From assembly GCA_002633005.1 (NCBI GenBank), contig NMRA01000157.1, positions 122,331 to 186,330 on the forward strand: a stretch of 64,000 nt of DNA, given 5' to 3'. Every line of letters starts with the position of its first letter. The stretch's first letter is position 1. This document shows positions 40,995 through 54,679 of the stretch, piece by piece. The position numbers and the translations under genes were made by a program. The stretch comes from Phoronis australis (taxonomy: Eukaryota; Animalia; Phoronida). The notes under the pieces are model-generated. The model saw only the letters and a program-made list of their open reading frames with translations. It had not been told where the DNA came from and ran no database searches.

Positions 40995-41794
40995 CTGTAA
41001 AATAATCAGAATGGAAACCCGAGATATGAAAAAAAAAATTGGAAAGAGACAGTTATGCTCATCCAAACCGGGCCTGTTAAAGGAAATTGTGCTGGGATTG
41101 GTGGCTGTTTAGACACAGCTTGTGGCTAAGACCAATCTCAACTTTTCACCAAATTGTAGTCACCTTATAGTCCAGTAACCAGAAACGGATATTGCCTAGA
41201 AATTCTTGGTAGTACCAGGTTTTTTGGTTGATTCATGTCTAGGTGCCTCCCTCAAATATTTTAGCTGGGCTATTATCTTGACAGAATTAAACAGGTTTTC
41301 TAATATGCAAATTAAGGCCGCTATTATGCAAAAAACGTGATTTTGCTGATGACTACCTCAGTAAGCACTACAGGTAGAATAGTTTGATGCTTTCACCCAT
41401 GTAACTATGACCAGTTTATTTAATGGGGGTACTTTGGAGATGGATAATTCGAGAATTTGCATACAATACGCAAATTAGGGCAATATGATTAAAGAAATTC
41501 TTTCTCGCGCTTATAGCTGTGGTATCAGTCACCACAGGTCAAAGTATTGATGTTTGGACCCATGATTAGGTGGACAGTAGGCCCGTTACCGTACCGAAAC
41601 TCGGCTATTATTGAAGCTTCCATGTAACTGTGATAAACCGCGAAGTTAAGCGCTAGTGTTCCCATCAGCTTCGGAGTTACTCAGAAAATTATTTCAGCAA
41701 AACTATGCCTTCTTTTCTTGACCTTGCAATCAAAAATGGTTAAAACCTCTCCCTCTCCATAAATGATAACTAGAACGTTAACGATGACGATATA

Positions 41795-42619
41795 CACATA
41801 GTGTACCTAATTATCGGACGGAACCTAAATATCGGACATTTCAAAAAATCTTACTTGAAGCATAATCTGAGAATTAAATGACACCAATTGTTGTTCCGTT
41901 GTAATGCATTCAATGTCCGCCACCGTCTCGTTTTTTACAGCGTTGCCTCGTTTTGATTTCACCGAGAGAGGGTGCAATTTAGACCCCCAAGTCGGCCTAA
42001 AATGGACGATCGCATAAATCGGTTATAAAAGTTGAAAATGTAATCTTTTTCTACAATGAAACTTTCTCATTGAACTGACAATATGTTACTGGTCCATTTT
42101 TTCATTTGTTTTTAAACTCAAGTCAAACCCCGACCGCGCACGTGCGGGTGTCATATCAAGAAGCCAAAGTGATAATAAAAACTGCAGTGAGTTTGCACGT
42201 GCTTTAGTCGTCTGCACTAATTCATCGAAATGACTTGACGCACGCTGTCATCAGATTTCATTTTATGGATAATTTTATTGCGAATGGATATGTGTTCTAG
42301 CAGCATATATGTCAAAACACTCGAGCTGAAATTTGGCTACAAGGTGCCCGCGGCCATTACGTGGTTAGTCAGTTTTCCGCGGTGTGGCGTATGGGGAAAC
42401 ATGGTGTCCGATATTTAGGTTCTCCAAAGGTTTGCTTGTTGTGTTTTTTAAAGTTCAGTCGGAACATAAATGTGGCTTTCGGTGACAAGATATAGTAACA
42501 CAACAATTCTATAAAGGTAATTCTTTATTTCAGCAAAGAATTTACAACAATCCGTAGTATTTTCAATTAAATATAATGCAAAATGTGCCAAAACGTCCGA
42601 TAATTAGGTCACTTGACTG
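41795..42619. mobile_element. TA-flanked MITE (Tc1/mariner/pogo-like) in an intron
   Basis: TA on both sides. Imperfect TIRs share the core ACCTAATTATCGGACG. Confidence 0.8.
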
Positions 42620-42899
42620 TAGCAAAATATATCATATTGAAAGAAACTTGATTCTTGAGTAGGTTAACAGCTGAATCGAACAAAATCGGTATGGCGTATG
42701 GCGGGAACTCGTTTTGCGTACACTATACGTTAATTTTTTTAAAATAACGAATCCAAGAATAAATGGATTAATCGAAACAGAATGCTGATACTGCCGAAAC
42801 AATAAATATTAAAGGAAAATATTAACAATTAACCACCGCTGTTGTCAAACTCAGCGACCTCTGCCGATAACTCCGATGGCATCGAAGTTATGCGTCCCC

Positions 42900-44120
42900 A
42901 TAGACTCTATTCACGCGGCGGACATTAAAATCCAAAGCGAGGCTCACTGCGATAAGCAAAGCCCCCCCCCTAAAATTCTCCCAGATTCCATTTGGCAGTT
43001 CAGGAGCGCGAATTTCTGACGGGCAAAATCCTGGCTAATACACTGCCTTCCCCCCAACTCTAAGTCCTGGATCCCCCCTGGAACAAGCATAGTTATCATG
43101 TTTCTTCAGAGGCCTCGTTCATATCCAAGGGAAAAGGTGCCTCATGTGTGTGCGGCCTTCGTTGAGAGGGGAACGTTTCGCCGAGTGACGTGTCAGTGAA
43201 AACTCTACTGACCTCCCGATCATCATCAATAGCACCCCACCCTGTTGCAAGCTCCCATAGCTCTGTCTCAAGTAGCATTTTCAGTGGCTGATCTAGGATA
43301 CCACTGAGGGGGGGGGCGACTCCTCGGAGAAGCGTGCAAAGCGCGATTGTATGCACGCAGGCGGCCCGGAAGTTGCGGGCGCCGAGGATGTATACCTTCT
43401 GCTCAGGAAATCTGTCGTTGGACTATAAAAAAACGGAACGTGTTTTTCTCCCTCGTCCGCTACCGGTCCTAGCTCGAACTTAGTATTTCCTCCCGTTTCA
43501 TGTTTTGCTGGTTTATCATTTGCTTGCGGCAGTCAAGGGGGGAGGGCGGGCCCCTAGGCCCCCACTAAATCCGCCTACGATTTTCTACTTTTTCAAATTC
43601 TCACCTCTGTGGTCACAGGTGATTTGAACCGTTGGAGAGAAATTTTCAATCACTAAGGGAATTTTTAGGCTTCGTGGGGCCGGGAATTTCGCGTGATTTT
43701 TCAATACTTTTGAGAGGGGAACAGAGCCGATATTTGGCCCCAAAATTGAGGGATTGAGGGCCCTGTCCTTTTTGTAAAGAACGGCATCGCGCTTCATCCC
43801 ATAGTCATGAAAACACAGCCTGGTTGGCCGAAGATTCTCCAGTCCTCGTTGCTATGGCGGCAACCGAGATGCGACAAATTATGATTCGAAAACAGTTATA
43901 AATTTTACACGGACATGTTTTCCTTCGTCGCGGCGTATGGCAAGCACCCAACGCTTCCGAATCCCAACGTCCTTAGGGATTGTAAAACAGACAGTTGAGT
44001 GTCCGTATTTTTTCTAGCTGTTCGAGCAACGCAGAGTACAACTGTGCGGATAAGCCACCAGAGCTATCGTAGCGAGCCTCGTTTTGGAACGCGCCGCCTG
44101 TCGGCGTGAATAGGGTCTAT
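42900..44120. mobile_element. Intronic TIR element containing smaller MITE fragments
   Basis: ATAGACTCTATTCACG ... CGTGAATAGGGTCTAT inverted termini. Confidence 0.5.
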
Positions 44121-44891
44121 TGTAGTGAAGTCGACGCTTCGCTGTTACATCCAACTCTTTTTTACTCGGGCGTGAACTTGCGCTGTTAACGTCAATTCAA
44201 AACCGAATTTAAGTGTTCCCAATGGGAAAAGCCTTAGTGAATTTAATGAAATAAGTGTACAGGTATAATAATTTATGCAAATCAAAGGCGTCTTTTATTT
44301 AAAATTTTCTTTCTGCTCATATCTTCCTCTGGGGGCACTACATGTAGATTATTCTTATTATTGCACCTGTCTTTTTATGGTCAACAAATATAATGAGGTC
44401 AGTTTGCGGGTCATTACATCATTAATTTTCATATTTCATGGAAATTGTGACGACCAAATATAGTTTGGCTTATCGTCTTGATACACGACTCTGGCTGATT
44501 TGATTAAGATTTACAGACTGTTGTCGAAACAACGTTCCTTTTGAGACACAGGACCACGGTGGGAACTCTTTAAAGAAGGCGTGTGCGATGGGGTTCATTT
44601 TTGTGCGCACACGTGCTATAAGAACCCTGCTCAACCGCGTCGTAAATGTATGGACGTAGCAAGTACAAAGCAGTCCAATAAACAGCACGTATCTACAGAC
44701 GGGTCTCCCTGAACGTCGGGAAGGTGAACGCAAAAGAACAGGAGAAAGCTATAAACCTATCGATTTGTCTTTTAAGAAGGCAAAAGTGGAGTCCAAAGGT
44801 TTCGAGGCTGTGGTGGTCGTTACTTTCCCCTACTGGCATATTAATGGATGACAATCACCAAACCAACAAAAAACTCTTCAACATCACCCAC

Positions 44892-45050
44892 CTTTGCGGC
44901 TTCCGGGGTTCTAAGCACGTATTCCTGTGTGAGATTCTTCAGTAAACACACCTTTTTACTCTCGTAGCTGTCTCCAGGAATGCCGAGTTGTTCACAAACG
45001 TAACTTCCAACCATATTCAGGAAGTCACCAAAAAAGTAACCGGCGTTTGC
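44892..45050 (-). CDS. ATP-grasp ligase, internal exon
   Basis: ttgcag|GCA ... AAG|gtgggt, 159 nt, phase 0/0. ANAGYFFGD...VCEQLGIPGDSYES...K resembles the segment that precedes the ATP-grasp fold. Confidence 0.8.
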
Positions 45051-46123
45051 CTGCAAAGTGCGATAGCATATATTACGTAAACCATACAAATGTGGCGTTT
45101 GGTTTGATAGAGGCATGACGTAGGACTGCAGGGTTTCCGCAAGGTATTTGAAATCCGGCTATGCAAACTGATGCTCAGACTTAAGGCTTCCAACAACCGA
45201 ACAGTTTTAAAAATAGGCCTATATTCAAAGAAGTTCGCGTTTTCAAGTCATCCCATTTTCGTAGAAAGGAAAATCATTCGGGGCACAGACATCAGGCCCG
45301 TGCGGGATTTTGTTCGAATTTCTCGAACGGTGGACTTTGATATTTTGCAAACGTCGACACTGGGGAGTTTCCAGTAAGGCCTTCAGTTTGTGCACCTTAA
45401 TTAGGGAGAAGGGAAATCTGTATATACAACGATGACTCTCAGCTCTACGTTTCTAAGATGAGGCAGCTAAATACCAGAAATGAGGATGTCCTGACCGTTC
45501 ATTACGGCGTTTTCCCGTTGCTCCCAACTTGTTCGATTCTATAGCCCAACAATAAGTTGGGAAGATGACCCCTGTAGCCAATATCTTACACGACTGGCAT
45601 TTATGGTTGGAGGGCCAGCTCTCTTTTGTTCGATTGTTGCTCTAATCTCCAATAAAATCATATCTAGCCTGACTGGGCTGTGCTGTTAAAAATAAAAGTT
45701 AAGTTATAACATGTTTGAACATTTCTGAAATCCTCGTCAAATGATGATCATGTTTAGTTTTTGAATCGTCAAAATCGCCCAACTACAACCGAAGTTACGG
45801 CAATCTATTCTTTCCGAACGTACCTATTCGTTTTGGGTTTGAATGTGTTCACACCTGGTCTGTAATAAGCCTGGTATATAATTGGGTGCCTGTTGTCATA
45901 CTAGACAAAAGACTGTACATGTCAGTTAACAAAGAAGCTAGATGTTATCACACGCTCACAACCTTCTACGTTTGGTAAAGTCACTGAACGGGAAAACGCC
46001 GTCATGTAATCGCATTGAACGGGACTCAAATTCGGATGTCATGTGGTCTAGAACGTTCTCGCGTCACCTCCTGCCAAACTTTCAAATCAGAGGTGCTTAA
46101 ATGAGTGATTACATTAACTGGCA

Positions 46124-46268
46124 GAGTTACGGTTTCGGATTTATGAACATTCGAAGTAGTGAAGTTTCGAAGTTGGCGAACTTTCGGAGTAGTGAACCTT
46201 CGGAGTAGTGGACCTTCGGAGTAGTGGATCTTCAGAGTAGTGAATCATCGGAATAGTGACATGTAACC
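46124..46268 (+). repeat. 16-bp minisatellite (TTCGGAGTAGTGAACC-like) bounded by GTTAC/GTAAC
   Basis: About 7 degenerate tandem units with no unique spacers. Confidence 0.8.
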
Positions 46269-46919
46269 TTGGAAATCTCTTCCATCAAGTTAGTTGCTCG
46301 TATGAAGTCTGTGAGGCTATGCACCATTGACACTATTGATATGAAGAGTCTTTCTTCGTTGACCAATATATTTTATTAGGTCCAGAGCTACTTTTCCCCA
46401 AAAATGTGAACATGCTCGTCGGAGTTTTTCAATGCAAGAAAACATGGTTATAGTTTTAATTACATTTAAAAATGTCCGATTTTTGAGCAACAACGGAGGG
46501 CTGCCTTGTACTGAAGCTGGCCGGGTACGTCCGACGATTACATGAAGCGCTTTGAATCAAAAGCAAATGCAAAATTATTACTAACTTAGCTATCATTGTA
46601 GTTAGTTGTATCAGTAGCTCCGACAATTTTATTGTTGCCCATCTGTATCATATCTTTAACGGACAGGCTGGGGCTGGACCTTTTGCGCGGGTGTCGGATC
46701 CAACCCCCGAACCCCCTCTGGACATTCCAATTTTGTCGTCCTCCAGCTTTCACCGTTGCTTTGGCAAATGTGAAGAATATCTGATAAGACTAACAAGGAA
46801 TCGCATATTTTGTAAAGTATATGCACACAATTATCTAATAGTAAAACGGTTAATGGGATACTATCCGTTTCAGTTACAGCAACTGAAGACTTAGTTATTT
46901 GTAATATTCAGTCACTCAC

Positions 46920-47238
46920 ATTGATGTTTTTCTGCTTCAGCCAGCTAATTATTCCGGCGCCGATTTCTTCAACAGTGCGGCCATCCTCGGTCTCGTGGAT
47001 CAAGCCGTCAACATTAAACTCATCAATGATTCCGCAAGACTTCATCTTTTCACACCAGAACCGGTTCACTTCGGTCTTGTGAAGTATCACGCAAAGCTTG
47101 TTTAGCCCCATTCTCTTCATTTCAGCCCATAAAGTGGTTTGTATCTCTTCATCTGTAGTTACGATAATTTGGCTTTGAATACAGAGAAGCGTTTTCTCAG
47201 CGAGAGGCCCAAACGGTTTGTACTCAGTGGCTGGATTC
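46920..47238 (-). CDS. ATP-grasp ligase, most 5' exon identified
   Basis: atttcag|G AAT ... AAT|gtgagt, 319 nt, open and in phase with the next exon. It needs an upstream phase-2 donor that I did not identify. Confidence 0.7.
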
Positions 47239-49460
47239 CTGAAATAAATCATATTCTACTTACAGTAACACCAAAAATAAAAATAAAAATAAAAATAACG
47301 ATGCATTTATTTGAGCTCAAATCCACATAAAGTACTTTAGTGGATCTAGGTATAAGTACACTGGTTAATGGTCGACAAGAAAATTGATGTTACGTGAACA
47401 CCAATACAGGCTTAGGTTACAAGTTCCTCACAAAGAATAGATTCGCCACGTTAAAGGCCAACAAAATCTCTTTTAAGTCACATGATCACGGTGTAATCCA
47501 TATTACTACGTTGTTTGCACAAAAAATAACGACTAGTCGACAAACGGAACCCATTTTCTTTGAAAAACGCATTGATGACCATGATGTGAAGGGCTCAATT
47601 GATATACAACTTCCGTCGATACCACAGGCGCATTTGAGTATTCCAAGTTGATGAAACAACAAGAATGGATCAACTACGTTATTTACCAAGTTGATGAGTA
47701 ATTCTCGAGCAGCATCATATCACGGTAATTGGATGTGGCTGTGGCAATTTTACGTATGCATTTTGTTTAAGGTGAAATGGTGAAGTGTTCAGTCAGACTG
47801 CCAGAATCAACAGTTTTAAGCTTGCTAAATCCATGTTAGCAGCAGGCAAAGGCATTCTCGAAAGTCAGGGTGGGTGGTGGTTGCAAGCTGAAATATGCAC
47901 TGTTGCTATTGTAATCAGGTATTCGTCAGCCAACTTCAAGTTTGAATGTAAATTAGAAAAAAAAACTTGCCAGAAGTACTTGGGTTGACTCATTGTTGGA
48001 GCTAAATTGGGTGTTGTTAGCATGGTGACCAGGTATTTTCACAAACAAGATCACCGATTTTAAGCTTGATGGCAGTCATGGTAAGACAGGTGACCACGGT
48101 CAAATAATTTTACTGACCCTCGTGCAGTTGCCACGCTTGAACCTACACTGTTGCCATGGTAACCAGGTATTTTGGAATTACAATAGTATACTGAGTTACG
48201 CGTCAGAATACAAATAGCCTATAGTAAAAACTGATTGTTCTACCAAGTATATTCCAAGACACTTATGTCAAGGCAACCCCCGTATCCAAACTTGGAAACA
48301 CCTTCGTTAAAAATCCACAAAAGCTGCGTAAATCTAATGTATGTATTCATTAGACAATCTAAAACTGAAGACTAGTATCTCAAACCAGTAGTACTTTTTG
48401 AAAGTAGAAAAATAGTTGCCATGACCACCACTGCAATAAATCCTAGCAAGTGCTTTTTCAGCATAGAATGAAACGAATAAAGGATATACTGGTACCTGTA
48501 GCATAATTTTACAAATCCAGTCAATATATTAAAACGCTAACTTGAGACCCGGATGTTGAGTGGGCAACTCATTGCCATCGGACAGAAACTTCTCGAAAGT
48601 GGCCACGAGAACACCCGCCCCTGCCCGACGCCTCTTTCCCAATTATTCCCGCGACGGAAAAGCGCCGGTATCTGTGGCCGCAAATCCCCAATGTGTTTTT
48701 TCTTTGTCTTACTGAGTCGTGGACTGGGTCGATCCGGCGTACGCGCTACTTTCTCGAAGCCAAACACTATTCGGGGGTATTCGTCTGCGGCCTGTGTTTA
48801 CCGTTTACACCTGCTAGGTCGCGTGCTCAATATGTCAACGCTGAATAATTTTTTGAAATTCGAATAAACCGGAGGGGTGGCCTCGTTTTTTTATGCGCAC
48901 CCGTTCGCTGCAGCGTAGGCGTAATCTGTGTCCAGCGATCGCGGGCTTCATACAGAGAGACCTACTAAGAGTCCACGATAACGAGGTGATAAATCCTCAC
49001 TTATCATTCTTTCCGTTAAAAGTACTTTCAAATTATAGGTAAGTGGCCAAGATCTTTATACCAGTCTTTAGCGCAGTGCCATAGATACATGTAAATCCAT
49101 TTTTGTCCATGTTTTGTAAAAAGCGAACCGAGCCCCATGCAGTCGCGCCGAGGTCTTCTTTTGTCTCCAGCGTAGGCTTACAACTACAGAGTCATCTATT
49201 CAAAAGTTTCGCGCTTCCCGTTTTAATCATTCATTTCGGCTGATGTGGAATCAGTCCTGCTACGGAATATTATGGTCATAAACAGTAGACAATCACCACA
49301 TTTTTACATTTTGACAGTTTCAAGCGTTCGGGGTTTCTCGCATCAGGTCAGGTGTTAATGTTTATTTGGGTCAACCTTTCGCCACATTGGATTGGTACAG
49401 AATGACACAATCCCGCTGGGCACTTTCTTTTAATGGTTAAAATTTTCAAGTTACTAAAAT

Positions 49461-49576
49461 AAGATTAAAAACCGGACGATCGCCGCACAAATGAAGAAGT
49501 TCATGTTAAACCAAAGTTTCGTCTATTCGTTAGACATCAGCAGGATATAAACATAGGACAGCAAGTGCCAACATAC
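49461..49576 (+). repeat. Left arm of an old MITE split by the LINE
   Basis: Imperfect reverse complement of 61713-61828 (AAGATTAAAAACCGGACGAT...). Confidence 0.75.
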
Positions 49577-52133
49577 AGCTCAGGTGAGATCCATGAAGTG
49601 AAGTGTGAGATATAGAGTAGTCAGCAGCTGGTCATCACCATAGTTGCAGGGTCACTGAGCTCTGCAGCTCTCAGTATTTATTACTATTATTTATTTATTA
49701 TAGTGACATAAGGGTGCCAGTAAATACAATCTCAAAGACAGAATATTCACCACACCCCCCAGCCTCAAGGGGCTTATTCAGTCACCTAATAATAATTAAA
49801 CCATTACATAATATGTTGCACACGCTCAAATATGACCACTTCAGACTAGTTTATAAACAAATACTTACTTCTACCCTGCAAAGCGTCTTGAATGAATTTC
49901 GCTAAACCTTTCAAGTTATTTTGGAATATTTGAGGTAGGGCAGAATTCCGTATAAAAATGTTCGAATGTGAGTATATTTTTCACAATTATCAAAAATGAA
50001 ATGAACATAATCTTCGATTCCGTTTTAAAAAACACGACAAATCCGTTCATTCACAGGAATTCCGAAGTACCGCCCCATCTCAACCTCTAATGGTAGAATA
50101 CTTGCTCTCAGTCCAGCTATGACGGACCTCTGAGACAACACCGGCAGACGTAAATACTCTTCCATACAATAGTCATTCTTAACAGACCTACATAAGCACA
50201 GTTTTGGTTTCTCAATGATTATTTTAACCAGTTTAACTCTTGTAACTGGAACTTGAATGTTTTGAAGTTTTCGAGAGACACAATTTGTTCCTGAAGTTTT
50301 CTAAAAAATCGCATTTCTCCATAATTTTAAATATTGAACTTGACCAATTGCAGGAGTTCCGATGTTTAAGGTCCCATAAAAATACTTTTTGAATTAAACG
50401 ATTCCAGAGCCTTAGCCTATTTTCATGTTGTTTGTAGTGTGAATTTGGCCAACCTGAGTCGCCATAAAGTACTGCATTGGCAGCATACTTGTGGACCCCT
50501 AAGAATATACGTAGTGTTCTCGTTCTGATCATTTCGCATTTGGAGTATTGAGAGTATCCCCAAATTCCAGAACCATATTCTAGAACTGAAGCTACTGACA
50601 TTTCAAAACATTTACTGTAACTGCTGAAACCCATGTTATCAATATGTTTGTACTTGCTCACCAGAGCTCCCAACCCTCTAGACGCGGAGTCTGCCAGTAT
50701 CTCAGCTATCAAACTGAAATCCATAAACTCGTTCAGAGTTACACCCAGATATTTATAACATTCTCTTAAATTCACAATGCGATCGCACAAAATGAATTCA
50801 AAACTCGTTCTTACATGTCCCCTCTTGCGAAAATGAACCACATCAGTCTTAGAAAAAATTTACAGATATTTGCCACATTGCACACCAATTACTCAATACG
50901 CCCAGCAAATCCTGTAAATAGGTTTCATTACCAGAAAAAAAAAACACAATGTCATCGGCATACAAGAAACAGAATAAATAACATCCATCAAAACTGACAC
51001 CTTTGCTAGAACTGTTCAAATCATCAATCAAATCATTTATGAAAGCTGAAAACAATGTAGGCGACAATGGATCTCCCTGCCTAACTCCTCTTCGTACTGG
51101 GAACCAGTTGGTATAATCTGACTGATTTAATTGTACACAGGCTTCTGTCTGCGCATGCAACGATTTTGCTGAGTGATAAAATTATCCAACCACTCCTAAA
51201 TTAATTAATTTTTTCAATAAAAAGTTTCTATCTAAATTGTCAAAAGCCCGTTCTATATCAACGAATATCGCAAACGTTGGTCTATTTCAAGCTATTCTAT
51301 TTCTAACAATAGACATGAGTGTGAACACGTGGGTCAAGACAAGACCGCCCTTGTCGAAAACCATTTTGTTCTTCATTCAGTCTGTGTTCGATATTCAGAA
51401 ACTCGGTTAATCTCCTGTTTAGTACATTACAATACACTTTGCTCACGGTGGAGAGCAAGCGTATGCCTCAATAGTTGTTCGGTAAATTCAAATCTCTATC
51501 TGATCCTTTAGGTATAGGGGTGATAATCGCTTTGTACCATAATAATGATATAAATCCAGTGTCAAAGAACTTCTGAAGGAGCGAGACCAGAATGTCAATC
51601 ATCTCTGAGGATCTCAGCGCTTCGTATGGGATCCCGTCTATACCAGTGGCCTTACCCGATTTTAATTTGCGAACAGAATAAAATTCAAAAAACGAAAAAC
51701 TTTTTTCCAGTATTTCTTTTACATGACCCGAAAGTTCAGAATATTGCATTGCTTTCTCCAAATCCTCTACGTTTTGACTTTCAGCCATTGGAATTTTCGC
51801 AAATAAATCTCTAAAACTGGCCTCCCATCTTTCTGAAGGAATAGTATTTTCATGTCTCTTCTTGAGCTGAGGTCCTAAGTTTTTGAGTTCCTTCCAAAAA
51901 AACATTGGGGTCATTTTCACATGATTCTTCAATCAGTGTTAATTTACTTTTCAAATATTGCCTTTTTAAAAACCTGAATCATTTGTCAAAGCAATATCTA
52001 GAGTTCTTGTATTCATACAGTCGCTCCCTTCGTCGTTTAGTATTTTTTTCTTTGAGAAATACTTTTTCTTTTTTGGACACGTTTTTCCAAAGTTGCGTTA
52101 ATTCGTCATTCCAAAAGGGCTTGTATGCCTTAA

Positions 52134-53808
52134 AGTCCTTCTCTCAAACTGCCTATGTGGTTCCAGTATCCGAAAATACTTACTACATAAAATGTTATTT
52201 TCGACACCCTTTCTTTATATTCTTTTCGCCTTTCTTGCCAAAAGCGATTTTTAACAGTATTTGACCCTTCTCTGTGAGCGTATAATTACCGGCTGTCATC
52301 GGTTATTTCCGTACCCACATTTCCGGCTCATCAGTTCAGGAACTTGTCCTGAACGCCGCCATTTTTTCCTTGTAACTGAATGCGCTATGGCTTGCTCGAA
52401 AAGTCTTCATTATTTTGTTTTATTAGCAATATCTCGTGATTCGTTTGCATATGTAGTGTATTTATAGTTTGTAGTAAGTGGTCGTTGAATTTTTTTGAAA
52501 TGTTACGCGTACTTAGTATGTTAAAATAGCACTGGTGTTTAGTTCCTTACGTAGGCCGGTCGAACCTAGGAACCAATATGGGTCGAACCAATTTTTTTCG
52601 GTTTTATTTTTTTCCTCGTTTTGAAAAAGTACTTTGCTATCATCGGAAAGGTAGTACATTCTACTCAGTAAAAATCGAAAAAGTATCAAAATCGGGGCAA
52701 GCACTGTAAAGTTATTGCAAGTTTTGTGGCGAAATTTGGGTCACTTTGTTTGGATCGCGTCGGCCATATTGGAGGACAGCGGGATGAGTTACGAGTTTAA
52801 AACTTTGTGTAAATTGTTTTCGCCAACAAATTACGGTGAAATTTAGTTAGACATATCTTTACTTACTATTCTGCACGATTTAGCAGTGTTCACCAAATTT
52901 CAGCCTCGCAGTTGTTACTCATTAAGTGATAAATGTGCTCACAATTCCCGTTGGACTTCGTCTCATTTCTGGCGGCACCTACAATGTCGACTTTTGCTGA
53001 ACTGAAAGGCATGTTCAATCGGCTACTTTGTAATTTGTGAAGATTTAACGTTGATACATTTTGACAAACGTTGCTACAAAAAAGAAACTTTGTTCAATTT
53101 TCGTGTTTTTTGTGTTTGTGGCCAGCGACCAGTTAGGCCTAAGGGTAGTCTTGGCGCAAAGCTGTCTAGGCCTACTAACAAGCTGTATTTTGACTATAGT
53201 CTTCACTGGTAGCTGGTGACTGAGGCTAACTAGGGTCTGCCGCGGCAGTGTGACACAGGACTAACCAGCCCGTAATTTCATGCAAGTGTCTGAAACTACC
53301 CTTGAATATATGCAGCATTTATCATTTGACCATTTTACTTCGACAAAACAGCTTGCAACCGCATGCATTTACCGTTCGCCAGTGTCTGGTCTCGATCCGC
53401 ACCGGGTCCGATAGGCTGCGGTCCCGAGTCTGGCAAAATAATTTCTGTCAAAATTTATTCGCCACATTTCTTCAGCAAATTCCATAAAATTGTCCGTAGT
53501 TTGATTTTATCAAAATTAAGGCGCGCTGTCGATTTTTTATCCCCGTTTGCTGGCTGGTAACAGTACAGGCACTGCTCCAGTCGCACTGACGGCGTTTTCT
53601 CGGCCTGGGTTCCTGAATGAATTGTACTTCCGGGTTCGCGGCAAGTTCAAAATGGCGGTGTTTCTTCGGGTGCGAATCGTGAGTGGCGCGTTCATTTAAA
53701 CTTTTTTCGAGTACGGATCTTGTATTAGTTATGGGGTAAGTACTTCTTGGATCCTTATAACATCCTCTAACCATGTAATAAGGGTTAACAACGCGTGAGA
53801 GAAGGACT
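52134..53808 (+). mobile_element. Kolobok-type non-autonomous DNA transposon, full copy
   Basis: TTAA TSD (52130-52133, 53809-53812) and TIRs AGTCCTTCTCTC / GAGAGAAGGACT. Excision restores LINE ORF2 RKRFK-AYKPFWN. Confidence 0.9.
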
Positions 53809-54679
53809 TTAAATCTTTTTCTCAGATTTTTATTACAACTTTGAGTACATCTTAAATGCAATTCTGTTTCTGTTTTATAATTTCGCAGAAGGAGTTATAA
53901 ATCTCAACGACTTTATAGTGTCTTCGACACTCATTTTCTAATATTAAAAGCAACTCTCCAATCGCCCTTTTAAAAATCTCATTATCCATGAATTCACCAG
54001 GGATAGAATTTAATTTAAACCGTTTTCTAAATCGCATATCAAAGGAGTTATCTGTACCGTGATCTTTAAGAGTTTCGTCACTGATATTTACTGGAACGTG
54101 TAGCATAATTTCTACTAACAATACATTGTGATCAGGCAGTTTTGACTTTTCCGATAATAGACCCCGGCTGTAAAAGATGTTTGTCAACTACCTCTGTACA
54201 AACATAAACCTCAAATATAGGACAAGATTGAAGCCACTAATGGGGGACAATAAAGTAATCTACAACCGCTCTTCCTCTATGACTTATTGAGGTGAAGTTA
54301 TCTTTACTTATCTCTTTCCTACCATTGACTATGCAAGTTTTAGAACCGAGGTAAAAGTCAATCAAACTTCCACAATGACTATTTAAAACTTTATCGTTAA
54401 TTTACTTGACAATCAACATGTGGAATGTAATCATTCAAGTTACCCACTCTCGAGTTAAAATCTCCACATATAAAAACGTCATCTGCTATATCTGCATGTA
54501 AATATAACTGGCATAATAGATGGCTATAGAAACTATCTGGATTACAACTCCTTGAAGAATTCTCAGGTGGTAAATAGCAACAAAATACAACTATACAATA
54601 GTCTGAGCGTATATGAGTTAGTCTTAAAGCTAATATACCATCACACGACTTGTCAACAATATCTATTATATAAAATGCA

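Noticed and set aside
46124-46268. Possible CRISPR-like repeat
   Set aside because: A degenerate 16-bp tandem repeat without spacers.
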